Made by a program: the position numbers and the translations under genes
Virus record (IMG/VR): IMGVR_UViG_3300036985_004624
Source: a virus
DNA length: 64,000 nt
Strand: one strand, 5' to 3'
Shown here: positions 1-9,609 of the stretch, in pieces
How positions within the stretch are numbered: position 1 is the first letter of the stretch
Layout: each line of letters starts with the position of its first letter
The notes under the pieces: model-generated
The model's database searches: none
What the model was told of the DNA's origin: nothing
The model's input: only the letters and a program-made list of their open reading frames with translations

Positions 1-152
1 CCTATTTTACCTAAAGATACTATTTCTTGATCTTCGTCAGTATAATCTTGATCTACATTGATGTATTGCTTCAATAGTGCATAAATGGAGGAAGACAGGG
101 AAATTAATGCCCTGTCTTCCTCTGTTGTCTCAAATAATTCTTGCAATCTCAT
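1..152 (-). CDS. N-terminus of hypothetical protein, runs off window (MRLQELFETTEEDRALIS...)
   Basis: Open frame from ATG 152 to window edge, ATAAATA motif upstream. Confidence 0.6.
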   Translation of the reverse strand, partial: MRLQELFETTEEDRALISLSSSIYALLKQYINVDQDYTDEDQEIVSLGKI

Positions 153-179
153 AGCGTACCTTTCGATACGCTATTTATC

Positions 180-1208
180 TTAATCTTTCTCTTTTAAAAG
201 ATGTCGATTAGAGATTACTTTGAATGATGCTTCACATTCATTGCACTTGAATACTAGCCCTTCTCTTTCGGGCCCGTTGATGTTTCCCATAACAGACTTA
301 CCTTCAGCCAATGTTAATAGGTCAGCAATAGTTTCCGTAGAGAACGACTTTTTAGAAGTAAATACAGGAACATGCCGCAATCCATACTTCGTAATAAAGG
401 CCTTTCTTTCAGCTGGAGTGAAATATCTGCCATTCTTAACATCATAAATATCAAAGATAAAGAATTCCTGATCTTTAAACATGTACGGATTACCTTGTAT
501 TCCGTTCCCTACTATTTCACCTTGCAATGCTAAATCGGGATTACCATCTTTTAGAATTTTTTCTAAATCATAACGAATTGCTACTTTCCATAGCGAGTTA
601 TTTTCGTCTCTCTTTAAATCCAAATTACGAGAACATACACCGAAATCTTCTTCGAGTAAATAGACAGTCATAGAACTGCCGTTTAGCTTTTCTGATTCTT
701 CCCAAGTGAATCCTGTTTCTTTCCAGAATTCAAATTCCTTAGGTAAATTTTGAATTCTTTCTTGATCAGTCTTTGGAATTCTAGACGGAAAGTTTCCGCG
801 AACAGTCCCTGCCAAGTTTGCAGCGATAGGTGCTTCGTATTTCTGAATATTAAGCGGTAAGGAAACATCTAAACCCTCGAATAACATAGATTCGATGTTA
901 GCACAAGTCGGCTCGAGCGGCATTAATAAACCCTGAGATAGCTGCTTTTTTAGCCGAATTGTGCGTAATTTTTCGCCCTTAACCCCGTTATACTCCCTAG
1001 GCTCTTTGCCTTTAGACAAAAACGGTGCTAATTCGATGGGAATCCAAGAATCCGGTTCTGCATATACTACTAGATCATCAATGGCATATTTTCCGACCGA
1101 ATCAACTACCCACCAACCGTCCACCCGATAGGCACAGATTAAATCTGCTTCGGGTATTGCTTTAATCTCAACAATTTTACGAATTGTTGCCATTTTTCTT
1201 TCTGTCAT
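180..1208 (-). CDS. ATP-dependent RNA ligase, DRB0094/Rnl5-like
   Basis: N-terminal OB-like RKMATIRKI..IPEAD, motif I EKLNGSS, LQGEIVG, EREGLVFK, SFKVISN. Confidence 0.9.
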   Translation of the reverse strand: MTERKMATIRKIVEIKAIPEADLICAYRVDGWWVVDSVGKYAIDDLVVYAEPDSWIPIELAPFLSKGKEPREYNGVKGEKLRTIRLKKQLSQGLLMPLEPTCANIESMLFEGLDVSLPLNIQKYEAPIAANLAGTVRGNFPSRIPKTDQERIQNLPKEFEFWKETGFTWEESEKLNGSSMTVYLLEEDFGVCSRNLDLKRDENNSLWKVAIRYDLEKILKDGNPDLALQGEIVGNGIQGNPYMFKDQEFFIFDIYDVKNGRYFTPAERKAFITKYGLRHVPVFTSKKSFSTETIADLLTLAEGKSVMGNINGPEREGLVFKCNECEASFKVISNRHLLKEKD

Positions 1209-1209
1209 A

Positions 1210-1665
1210 TCAATCCTTTACATATCTATCTTCTAACGGCCTATTTAAGTATTCTTCATCCTCTGGTCGATCCGGGTGCCATTTTGTTATTGGCTTAATC
1301 CAATCTGAAAATGCAAGTTTGAACATAATAGCACTATTCTCATTTTCAAAACTAAATCGATACCAAGTATTATGAATATCATATTTCTTTTCCCATTCAT
1401 AACTCTTCCCGTAATACTTCTTATAATCCATCTCGACACTATCGAAAATAACAGTGTCCGGTATTAAATTTTCTATCCAACGGCGAATTTCTAATTTGCG
1501 ACTTGCATATTGGAATTCATCTCTGTGCATACATAGTTGATGCGGAAAATTCTTACTAGGCCAGTCAAATCTATAACTACCTGCACCCGAATGTACCCAA
1601 TACGCATCATCAAAAAACCAAGTAGCATCTAAGCCTAAAGTATTAAGTGTAACTAATCTGCCCAT
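1210..1665 (-). CDS. hypothetical protein
   Basis: 151-aa ORF abutting ligase. Confidence 0.7.
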   Translation of the reverse strand: MGRLVTLNTLGLDATWFFDDAYWVHSGAGSYRFDWPSKNFPHQLCMHRDEFQYASRKLEIRRWIENLIPDTVIFDSVEMDYKKYYGKSYEWEKKYDIHNTWYRFSFENENSAIMFKLAFSDWIKPITKWHPDRPEDEEYLNRPLEDRYVKD

Positions 1666-1680
1666 TTGCTAGTATAAATG

Positions 1681-1709
1681 ACAAAACCGCTTATTGCAAG
1701 CGGTTTTGT
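1681..1709. terminator. intrinsic terminator
   Basis: ACAAAACCGCTT-ATTGC-AAGCGGTTTTGT hairpin after TAXI gene. Confidence 0.8.
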
Positions 1710-1723
1710 TTGGTTAAAGAAGT

Positions 1724-2668
1724 TTACTTCTTTTTAGCTGGCACTGCAACCTTAGTTACTGGCAATTCATAATAGGACCACTTGCCTGTATTATCTGGAT
1801 TCACTGCATTCCACTTTTTATGCATACCCGTAGTTTCTTGCAATTCGGCAACATTGGCCTTAAAGCATCCGCGGAGTGCGCCCAGCGACTGAACATACTT
1901 TTCTGTCTTATATGCACGAGTTACAAACAGGGATTCTGTTGCAATAGATTGCACACCTGAACCGCCTTGACCCATACTCGAATAGTTCAACTTAGCAGGA
2001 ACATACACGCTCTTCAACTTACCCATAGTTGCCTCAGGGAAGGAAAGCAATTTGTATGTATTATTGAGTGCCTTAACATCGTCCATCGGCTGGCCGCCGA
2101 CCATTACAATAGCTGCCACCTGACCTGCATCCAATGCTGCCTTAGCTGCTTTGAAATCAGCTACTTCGACTACCGTAAAACTAATTTCACTTTGCAGACG
2201 AATAACTTGCGCTGTAACAATACTACCGCCCCATGCTGCAACAGCACGGCCTTGGAGATCATTCACAGTATTAAATACTGCTGGCTTCTTGCCCATACCC
2301 AATGTACCACCTTCCAAGATGGCGCTTGTGGCAGAAGTAATCACATGCACTTCTTCAGGATACAATGCAAATAGTGTTTTAATGCCCCCCAAGTCTTCAT
2401 TTCGGGCACGATAAAACAGTACATCGGTTTGTACAATAGCTGCGTTCACTTCATTACCAAGCAACTTATCCATATTATCGACAGAACCCTTCGACGGTAC
2501 TTCGATCTGCATAATTTGATCTTTACATGCTTGCTGGAACTCAGTAAACATACGGTGATATGTGCCAGTTACTCCGCCTGTTGCTACTTTAAGTTGTGCT
2601 TGAGCCATTGCCCCTGCAGAAACCATAAGCATGGCGCTAATTGCAATAATCTTTGAAAATTTCTTCAT
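1724..2668 (-). CDS. TAXI-family TRAP transporter solute-binding protein
   Basis: Signal peptide, VATGGVTGTY, SKGSVDN, AIVQTDV, LYPEEVHVI. Confidence 0.85.
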   Translation of the reverse strand: MKKFSKIIAISAMLMVSAGAMAQAQLKVATGGVTGTYHRMFTEFQQACKDQIMQIEVPSKGSVDNMDKLLGNEVNAAIVQTDVLFYRARNEDLGGIKTLFALYPEEVHVITSATSAILEGGTLGMGKKPAVFNTVNDLQGRAVAAWGGSIVTAQVIRLQSEISFTVVEVADFKAAKAALDAGQVAAIVMVGGQPMDDVKALNNTYKLLSFPEATMGKLKSVYVPAKLNYSSMGQGGSGVQSIATESLFVTRAYKTEKYVQSLGALRGCFKANVAELQETTGMHKKWNAVNPDNTGKWSYYELPVTKVAVPAKKK

Positions 2669-2687
2669 TTGTGTGTCTTTCTTTAAG

Positions 2688-2852
2688 TTAGTTAATTTTC
2701 AGGTTTTTCAAATCTGCATCAGACGAACCTTGCGGTTGTGGCTGACTTTGCATTGTAGGACCTGCAGGGCTTTGATGATCGCCGCCCGTTAAAACAAACA
2801 ATGCTACCAGGATAACAAGTACCAATAATGATCCAAAAATTCGTGTCTTCAT
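2688..2852 (-). CDS. small membrane-anchored protein (54 aa, not in ORF track)
   Basis: MKTRIFGSLLVLVILVALFVLTGGDHQSP...KIN*, ATGA overlap with upstream stop. Confidence 0.7.
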   Translation of the reverse strand: MKTRIFGSLLVLVILVALFVLTGGDHQSPAGPTMQSQPQPQGSSDADLKNLKIN

Positions 2853-3607
2853 TTAACACCTACTTTCTGTGTTTCGCGAACTTGTACATCAAGCACAACC
2901 GGCTCGCTATTGCTTAATTGTACAACAACCGCGGTCGGTTTGTCATCCACATCCACATCTAACGCTGCTGCTACCTCAAGTTCAGCGAATGCACGATTCA
3001 TACTTTCGAATACTGCATCGACTGCTGTATCAGCTTTTAACCGTTCAAATTGGTCGCCCGTATCCATACCTGCTGCCTTGTTGGCTGCTTGAGCTGCTTG
3101 ACTCATTTCCCAATAAGCCTTCATTTCTTCCAATTTATTATGACCTTCCTCAAGTACATGTTCGGCATCATTTAATGCCTTTTTCTTTCGCTCAACCAAG
3201 TCAGTCATCCGAACAAGTTGTGTTTTAAATTCGGGTGCTCGCGCAGGATATTTTAAAGCAAATGCTTCTATCTTACTTTTAAAGTTATTTCTTGCAGTTA
3301 CAGCAGTTGTAACATTGATCTGGAATTCTTTAAATGCCACCTGCTTTGCTGCAAGCAAATTAACCATAGTTTCGATTGGATTTTCTTTGGCCTCGGCCAT
3401 AATTGCCCTAACTTTCCAATTCGCAAACTTCATTGTCACCCATGGCGTAAAAGTTACTACTGCCAATCCCACTACACCGGCAATTACTAAGCCGATAAGC
3501 CCCTGTATTGCTAAAAAAATTACCGGAGCAACAATTAAACCAGTCAACCCCACTAATCCAACGGTTGCCCATTTCTTTACGTTAGCACGTCTTGTATCGA
3601 TATCCAT
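2849..3607 (-). CDS. membrane-anchored coiled-coil protein (PspA-like architecture)
   Basis: Two N-terminal TM helices then long helical region. Confidence 0.55.
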   Translation of the reverse strand: MDIDTRRANVKKWATVGLVGLTGLIVAPVIFLAIQGLIGLVIAGVVGLAVVTFTPWVTMKFANWKVRAIMAEAKENPIETMVNLLAAKQVAFKEFQINVTTAVTARNNFKSKIEAFALKYPARAPEFKTQLVRMTDLVERKKKALNDAEHVLEEGHNKLEEMKAYWEMSQAAQAANKAAGMDTGDQFERLKADTAVDAVFESMNRAFAELEVAAALDVDVDDKPTAVVVQLSNSEPVVLDVQVRETQKVGVK

Positions 3608-3673
3608 ATGTGTCCTTTCTGTGTTAGACGCTGCTATTATATAACAGCGCCCATGTTAAAACAACCGATTTTA

Positions 3674-4156
3674 TTACTTCAGAGCAGATATAGCAGATTC
3701 ATAGATCTTGTTATAAACACCGTGAAACACTTTCTTAACCAGTATTTGAATTCCATCGATAATATCGAATACCAAACTATCGATGATAGAGAAAGGCCAT
3801 ACAATGATCCACGATGTAATTGTCGATAACATTGCCTTAGGACTCAGATATTCAAGTGCATGAGTCTTTAGATGTTGCTGAGCGTCTTTATACTCTTCAA
3901 TAACATCAGCAACATGCCGTTTATATCTCCAAAAACTCCATAATAGACCAGCTGCTACATAAACTACTGCGCCAATCGTAAGTGTTAACAATGGTACACT
4001 GAAGAAGAAGAACAGAACAACGGCAGTAATTAATGCAATAAATACTGCCCATCCGTGAGCATCGTTGTGCTCGAACAGAACACCTAGCACCAAAAGTACT
4101 ATTAATGCAGGCCATGTTAACATAACACCCGCTATAAATCCTAAAACTGTAAACAT
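3674..4156 (-). CDS. multi-pass membrane protein
   Basis: Several hydrophobic helices. Confidence 0.7.
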   Translation of the reverse strand: MFTVLGFIAGVMLTWPALIVLLVLGVLFEHNDAHGWAVFIALITAVVLFFFFSVPLLTLTIGAVVYVAAGLLWSFWRYKRHVADVIEEYKDAQQHLKTHALEYLSPKAMLSTITSWIIVWPFSIIDSLVFDIIDGIQILVKKVFHGVYNKIYESAISALK

Positions 4157-4203
4157 TTGATTTCTTTCTATATTAATCGGTAACTAAACTGTCACCAAAT
4201 GTC

Positions 4204-4232
4204 AGCTTATATGATTATTATATAGATGTCAA
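4204..4232 (-). promoter_or_regulatory. sigma70-type promoter
   Basis: TTGACA-17-TAAGCT. Confidence 0.55.
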
Positions 4233-4276
4233 TTTATTCGATTAGTATTGCTACTCAAAATTACTAATTTGTGATT

Positions 4277-4885
4277 TTAATGGTGCATCTCTATAAATAT
4301 ATCTGCAGATATTTCTTTTAGATGCATTTGTATCGTTCTTATTTCTGATTCGGTAGGTTCGGCAGTTAAATATAAATTAACAATACCTACAAAATTACCA
4401 TATGATGGAGGAATACTAGTTGAGCAAATTGTTTTTATAAAAGATGCCGAGGCCGGAAGATTCTTAAATAACATGCTTTCGCTAATAGGCGAACACACGA
4501 ATTCATGATTTATAATTCTAATCATTCGAGCATTACTTGCTTCATTATTATTTGTAAAGATGGGAGATATATGCGATATCTTATTAGAAATATAATTCAT
4601 ATATATTTTCTGAAATTCATTAGATTCTAATTGGCTATATACAACATGCCTGGCATTTTTCGATAAATCCATTGCCATTACTTGTATTCCCATATAATCG
4701 GGATGACTATGTAAGAATTGATCAATTTTTATAATTACTAACGGGCTTAATGTGGAGAACTCTGTATCGTATGAAACTAGTTTATATACTAAAAATGATA
4801 ATAATAAAATAACAGAAACTATAATAGGTATCACTGTTCTTAAGCTTATTCTTTTTGGTGTTTTTTGTCGTACAACCTCTGTCAT
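4277..4885 (-). CDS. single-TM protein with GAF-like periplasmic domain, T4 holin T-like (paralog 1)
   Basis: One TM, then INHEFVC..CSTSIPPSYGNFVGIV, paralogous to 5142..5834. Confidence 0.5.
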   Translation of the reverse strand: MTEVVRQKTPKRISLRTVIPIIVSVILLLSFLVYKLVSYDTEFSTLSPLVIIKIDQFLHSHPDYMGIQVMAMDLSKNARHVVYSQLESNEFQKIYMNYISNKISHISPIFTNNNEASNARMIRIINHEFVCSPISESMLFKNLPASASFIKTICSTSIPPSYGNFVGIVNLYLTAEPTESEIRTIQMHLKEISADIFIEMHH

Positions 4886-4891
4886 TTTAAA

Positions 4892-5161
4892 TTATCCCAA
4901 TAGTGCAGCAATTAACAAATACTCTTCCACCATCTCTATATCTGCATTAACTTTACTTAATATTTCTATTGCCTTAATTTTCTTCCCTCGTCTGGCTTCG
5001 ACTTCTGCCTTAGATAATTGAGTAACTCCCTGTTGTAAATTTTTAACAAATCGTTGAATATCTCTCCGATTAATAAGTTTACTACTTTTATGTAATATGT
5101 CTGATTCGATCGCAGTCCATTCTATGCTAGAATTAATTCGTTTATTTAATGTCGCGTTCAT
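4892..5161 (-). CDS. hypothetical protein
   Basis: 89-aa ORF packed between paralogs. Confidence 0.65.
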   Translation of the reverse strand: MNATLNKRINSSIEWTAIESDILHKSSKLINRRDIQRFVKNLQQGVTQLSKAEVEARRGKKIKAIEILSKVNADIEMVEEYLLIAALLG

Positions 5162-5834
5162 ATATTTTAGATGCTAAATTTCTTGTTACTTCTCTTAACT
5201 GGGCGATTTCAGAGGCGGTAGGATTTCGCTTTAGTATAACACTTACTACGCCGCTAAAGATACCATAAAATGGGGGAATTCCGTTAGAACAGACCGTATT
5301 TGCAAAAGGTATTGTGGTAGGATTAAGCATGGCATCGATCGAATCACTATATGAATGGCACGTAAATTCACCGTTTATAAGATCCACCATTCTACTATTG
5401 TTTATAGTATCTGTATTAAATAATGGTACATCTCCCGATAATCTTCTATCATCAGTGTCATATATTTTTCGTAAATTACTATCATCGCTATTCTTATATA
5501 TAATATAACGAGTATTCTTTTGAAAATCTACCGTGGATATAATAATAGATACAATTAAGTCGGACTGCACAACAAGCATATCTATTTCTTCTCTGCTTTT
5601 TTTAGTCAGTGCCTGTGGAGGACTTTTATATTGACCTATTCGCTGATGTTTTGTGTATTCTATAAAAACAGATCGTGTTTCATATAACGCAACAGCTAAA
5701 CCGACTATAATAAAAAATACAGTCAATTGAAGGAGTTTAGTCCATGTAAGAATCTTCAAGAATGCTTGAATTAATGTAAGATTGCCTGCGGCATTACTGG
5801 CAACATTATTTGCCACATCAGTTTTTATACTCAT
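5142..5834 (-). CDS. single-TM protein with GAF-like periplasmic domain, T4 holin T-like (paralog 2)
   Basis: One TM, INGEFTC..CSNGIPPFYGIFSGVV. Confidence 0.5.
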   Translation of the reverse strand: MSIKTDVANNVASNAAGNLTLIQAFLKILTWTKLLQLTVFFIIVGLAVALYETRSVFIEYTKHQRIGQYKSPPQALTKKSREEIDMLVVQSDLIVSIIISTVDFQKNTRYIIYKNSDDSNLRKIYDTDDRRLSGDVPLFNTDTINNSRMVDLINGEFTCHSYSDSIDAMLNPTTIPFANTVCSNGIPPFYGIFSGVVSVILKRNPTASEIAQLREVTRNLASKIYERDIK

Positions 5835-5923
5835 TACACCTGCTTATTTATTATAACAGGTAAAAATACCACATTATGACAATATTTACCTATATATTAC
5901 CAATAATGGATGTGAGTAGTTAA

Positions 5924-5998
5924 TGGTGCCCATTCCGAGAATCGAACTCGGGATCTTCTCTTTACCAAAGAGATGCTTTACCACTGAGCCAAACGGGC
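5924..5998 (-). tRNA. tRNA-Thr(GGT)
   Basis: Cloverleaf, TCTCT-TTGGTAA-AGAGA, CCA end. Confidence 0.95.
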
Positions 5999-6080
5999 AA
6001 AAAGAGTAGGTATATTATTTAATAATATATCTGGGCCGGTGTGTATCTATTTAGATAGCACCACGCATACTCTGTATTTA

Positions 6081-6281
6081 TTATTCTGCTAATGCAAGCG
6101 GATCTTTATTCCGCAGATTAGGTGTCTTAGATTTTAAGGCCTGGCGGCGGGCCGCCGCTTCTGCCAATTCACCTTGAATCATTAGGTATTTATAATGACC
6201 CCGATCTTCGTTCGATTTGCAGAGTAATGCAATTTGCGTTTTGGCTCGCTTGGAAAGTCTAAAATTCTTATCAGGTGTCAT
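6081..6281 (-). CDS. hypothetical protein
   Basis: 66-aa ORF coupled to upstream gene. Confidence 0.65.
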   Translation of the reverse strand: MTPDKNFRLSKRAKTQIALLCKSNEDRGHYKYLMIQGELAEAAARRQALKSKTPNLRNKDPLALAE

Positions 6282-6643
6282 ATATCTTTTCTTTCTTTAT
6301 TTTCGCGTTGTGTACGCTGATTAATATTTTTTCTTATAGAGCCGATTTGCTCATTAAGCGAACGGGACTTCTTATCAGATGCATCCTGCCGCTTATTTAC
6401 TGCTACTATAGCATTTTGCACCTCTCGCAGTCTACCGGTTTCGGAATTTTCTGAATGACGCACTCTGGCAATATTCTCTGTTACGAGCACAATAATAGTC
6501 TGCTCTTCTGGTATGAATGAACGGTGTTTAACAATCCATTCTTCGCCACTAATAACAACCATATCTCCGGGCATGGGAGGAAATGCTTCTTCGCTACCCC
6601 AATATAATTTAGTCCCGTATTCGTCTTCGTAATGTATTTTCAT
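6278..6643 (-). CDS. hypothetical protein with C-terminal coiled coil
   Basis: 121-aa ORF. Confidence 0.7.
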   Translation of the reverse strand: MKIHYEDEYGTKLYWGSEEAFPPMPGDMVVISGEEWIVKHRSFIPEEQTIIVLVTENIARVRHSENSETGRLREVQNAIVAVNKRQDASDKKSRSLNEQIGSIRKNINQRTQRENKERKDI

Positions 6644-6660
6644 ATTGTATTTATAATAAA

Positions 6661-6893
6661 TTAGGTGAGTGTCTTGCTAATCGGTCATCATAGCTACAAA
6701 GTGTGACTCAAACGGTTTGCCAAATCTATCACACTATACGTTATATTTCTACTGCTATATAACTTTTCTGTCCATTTTCCCGACACTCGGGAGGAGATAC
6801 CGTAAGATAGGTCAACATAGGATGGGTTGAGATTTATCTTTCTGCCCATATGTTCCACCGGCTGTATCTCTTTCTTGACTGCCTTTTACCTAA
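6661..6893 (-). ncRNA. unassigned structured RNA (~230 nt)
   Basis: Terminal TTAGGT/ACCTAA stem, nested GAGATAC/GTATCTC, AGTGTGA/TCACACT, GTTATAT/ATATAAC helices, no ORF. Confidence 0.65.
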
Positions 6894-6899
6894 TATCCG

Positions 6900-7508
6900 T
6901 TACATTGCGCCCGGGTCTGTATAATTGCACTTCTTAAATGCCCACGCACGTTCTCTACATTGCCAGCATAAATTACATCTTAGTGTTTTCGATTCTGTGC
7001 AAGTATGCGTTATTTCCATAATCTCTGTTAATCCGCGATCTATACACAATTGTAGCATAACATCTTTTGTATAGTCAAAGAAAGGTTTATATAGTCTCGG
7101 ATGATCGCCCCTTTTTCGTGGAGGTCCACCCGGTACTTCGTCTATCGGCGGTACTATGTTATCGCCTGTCAATAATACTTCAAATTTAAAATTTATCAAT
7201 GCCTCACTTATGCCACTACTAACTTGTTGAGTAAAGTGTAAATCTGGATTACCTACAATATGCCATTCCGTAGGAATTTTATTAAATTTATTGTCAATAT
7301 AATCGATAATTCGTTTGGCATGAATAACTGAATCATCATATCTGGGAACAGTAAAGAATTCGAATGCATTATTAGTCTGATTTTTTTCTCTTAGATCATG
7401 CACCAAATACGTCAGTAATGTACTATCAAACCCACCCGAAACAAGCAGGCCTATATTTTTATGCGTTGACAGTATATATTCTAAATCTGAAATAATTCTA
7501 TGGTTCAT
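6900..7508 (-). CDS. QueC-like PP-loop ATPase
   Basis: SGGFDS, THTC..CNLCWQCRERAWAF zinc motif. Confidence 0.8.
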   Translation of the reverse strand: MNHRIISDLEYILSTHKNIGLLVSGGFDSTLLTYLVHDLREKNQTNNAFEFFTVPRYDDSVIHAKRIIDYIDNKFNKIPTEWHIVGNPDLHFTQQVSSGISEALINFKFEVLLTGDNIVPPIDEVPGGPPRKRGDHPRLYKPFFDYTKDVMLQLCIDRGLTEIMEITHTCTESKTLRCNLCWQCRERAWAFKKCNYTDPGAM

Positions 7509-7520
7509 ATAATTTATAAA

Positions 7521-7735
7521 TTAGTGCTATAGACGGTAAATCTATATCCTGACACATTTATGAGCGTATTGCTCGACCGTCCCGCATGTACACTAGGGCG
7601 GACTTATCAGACACCGGCCAAAAGCGTGACCGCCCACTTTCTGGATGTAGGAGCTCCATTACTGAAATGGCAGTAATCACCAGCCCATAGTCCCGGACAA
7701 GGCATTGAGGCACCTTTCGATGTACCATCCCCAAG
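7521..7735 (-). ncRNA. unassigned GC-rich structured RNA
   Basis: GC-rich ORF-free gap, GGTACATC-GAAA-GGTGCC GNRA hairpin and further hairpins. Confidence 0.55.
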
Positions 7736-7740
7736 ATTCA

Positions 7741-7923
7741 TTATACTACTTTCTTACGCTCTTCGCAAGTAATATTCTTAATAATAACTGTTTCGCCGTC
7801 AATATCCATATCAAGAATATCATCTACCAACCAGCCTAACTCGTCTACCATCTCTTTTGGCAAAGGTAATACTGCATTACCTTCTTCATCCTCTTCAACT
7901 GTGACTGTCCATGTTTTATTCAT
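7741..7923 (-). CDS. AbrB/MazE-like DNA-binding protein
   Basis: LPLPKEMVDELGWLVDDIL motif. Confidence 0.75.
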   Translation of the reverse strand: MNKTWTVTVEEDEEGNAVLPLPKEMVDELGWLVDDILDMDIDGETVIIKNITCEERKKVV

Positions 7924-8315
7924 TATCTCTCCAATACTGTATGTGGTTTATTTGTTTTTCTTGCATGGCGAATTGTTGTCCAAGATCCGCTGCGCCATAC
8001 TTCTTCTGTAGTTAACGGTGCACCTAATAGATATTCTGTTTCGTTTACTATATCTTTGTCTCGTTTAATATATGCTTTTGGTATTCTATGTTCATCACCT
8101 TTTCTAAATGCCTGAGTATAAGTTAATTCCGGCGGATGAACAACAATATGCACTTCAGGAAAAAATTCTCTAACGATATCGTGTGCTTCGGCATCGGCTC
8201 CTTTACAATCGCCATGATGGAATTCTGTTGGACCAAGTTCAAATAACTTAAGAACAAATTGTTCCTTTTGGGATTGACTCATTCCTTGTCTTGTGCCTGT
8301 AAATCCTACTCTCAT
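7923..8315 (-). CDS. SLOG-superfamily (DprA/Smf-like) nucleotide-binding protein
   Basis: VGFTGTR, HHGDCKGAD, RSGSWTTIRHA. Confidence 0.75.
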   Translation of the reverse strand: MRVGFTGTRQGMSQSQKEQFVLKLFELGPTEFHHGDCKGADAEAHDIVREFFPEVHIVVHPPELTYTQAFRKGDEHRIPKAYIKRDKDIVNETEYLLGAPLTTEEVWRSGSWTTIRHARKTNKPHTVLER

Positions 8316-8770
8316 AATACTTTATACATATTGTCGAAATAACCTTCTATAACTCGTCTACCATAATACCTGTACCATTCGGGTTTTTCACTTATACGTG
8401 CAGAGATTCTCTCTATATTTATATCTACTTCTTTCTTATCTGGATGCCAGTCTACGTGGTTAAATTCTTTCGGTAAATCTCCGAAAAAATATCTAAAATC
8501 GGGATCACTGTTTATGTTATATTCACGTTTGACAAGTTCTCCTGTGAGTAATCTATAACGCTCTGTCAGGAACTTCATCTTATTATAGAAGAATGTAACA
8601 TGGCCTGTATTAAGTGTATATTTGCCAGGTATACTATTCTGAATAACCTGAATCGATTTCGTACGTAAAGATCTACGTAATGCAGCAGGCACCATCTTAA
8701 TTTCTCGCCATTCTGCGAATAAATGTTGATCGGCAAGATTTTCTACAGGAACTAAATTAATACGTGTCAT
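8312..8770 (-). CDS. denV: pyrimidine dimer DNA glycosylase (endonuclease V)
   Basis: MTRINL..LADQHLFAEWRE..GHVTFFYNK..KPEWYRYY. Confidence 0.95.
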   Translation of the reverse strand: MTRINLVPVENLADQHLFAEWREIKMVPAALRRSLRTKSIQVIQNSIPGKYTLNTGHVTFFYNKMKFLTERYRLLTGELVKREYNINSDPDFRYFFGDLPKEFNHVDWHPDKKEVDINIERISARISEKPEWYRYYGRRVIEGYFDNMYKVL

Positions 8771-8949
8771 AGTGACCTAATAAGATCTTCAATCCGTGTT
8801 ACAGTTCTTGCCTGCATATGAACATCACCCTGATACCATCGATAAAGTTGACACAATGATAGAATACGATCCATAATAGGGGCATTTGTATCATCAATAA
8901 GTTTATTTAACCTTTCACGTTCATCGACAAAATTGTGTTGTGTTCTCAT
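8767..8949 (-). CDS. hypothetical protein
   Basis: ATGA-coupled 60-aa ORF. Confidence 0.6.
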   Translation of the reverse strand: MRTQHNFVDERERLNKLIDDTNAPIMDRILSLCQLYRWYQGDVHMQARTVTRIEDLIRSL

Positions 8950-9164
8950 ATTTCCGATACCCCTCCAAAAACAAGTTTAAAAATTAAAGCTGACTCAGCA
9001 TCGTAGAAGTGAAAGGTAGAATGACCGTGTCTCGACCAGAGCATATATCCTCCGTGGCCAAAATTTCCAACTTCTATATTCATTTTTAGCCATTCTACCA
9101 TTTTTTCAAAATGTGCTTGGCCCCGATCTTTAACATATATGATATTAGTGATGGATTTTCTCAT
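8946..9164 (-). CDS. hypothetical protein
   Basis: ATGA-coupled 72-aa ORF. Confidence 0.6.
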   Translation of the reverse strand: MRKSITNIIYVKDRGQAHFEKMVEWLKMNIEVGNFGHGGYMLWSRHGHSTFHFYDAESALIFKLVFGGVSEI

Positions 9165-9171
9165 AATAAAT

Positions 9172-9246
9172 TGGCGCCTTGTGTGGGAATCGAACCCACT
9201 GCCAGGAAGTTTAGAAGTTCTTGCTCTACCGTTGAGCTAACAAGGC
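9172..9246 (-). tRNA. amber suppressor tRNA (anticodon CTA)
   Basis: GCCTTGT/ACAAGGC-G-CCA, canonical D and T arms, loop TT-CTA-AA by register, anticodon stem only 3 bp. Confidence 0.75.
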
Positions 9247-9257
9247 GTGTATGTGCC

Positions 9258-9286
9258 ATTTTACTGGCACATTTGATTATTGTCAA
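9258..9286 (-). promoter_or_regulatory. sigma70 promoter for suppressor tRNA, palindrome over -10
   Basis: TTGACA-17-TAAAAT, GTGCCA-GTAAAA-TGGCAC. Confidence 0.7.
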
Positions 9287-9609
9287 TCGGCTGGCCTATA
9301 TAGATCCCATTTCTGAAAGAATGCTCGCTCTTTCGGATTAATTACAGGTCTTGTGCAAATTGCACTATAACCCATATCATTATCGGGCTCGTGAAATATA
9401 TAATATCCAATTCCGGCTCGACTAATCCTTGCAGCAATATCTAATAAATCGTCCTCATCTTTAGCAGATAATAAAATCAAACTCGATGTATGTTTATGCT
9501 CCCATTGATTTAATAATTTACCTGCTTCATGACAAGCATGGCCGAGTTGCACAATCTTTTGAGCGGGTGAAATATCCTCCCGGATAAAAGTATAGATATA
9601 CGAGTTCAC
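9283..9609 (-). CDS. peptidyl-tRNA hydrolase Pth2-like
   Basis: FIREDISPAQKIVQLGHA..FHEPD..SAICTRP. Confidence 0.8.
   Translation of the reverse strand: MNSYIYTFIREDISPAQKIVQLGHACHEAGKLLNQWEHKHTSSLILLSAKDEDDLLDIAARISRAGIGYYIFHEPDNDMGYSAICTRPVINPKERAFFQKWDLYRPAD

Noticed and set aside
6900-7508. Assigning queC and a 7-deazaguanine DNA modification pathway
   Set aside because: Motifs are only QueC-like and partner genes are absent from the window
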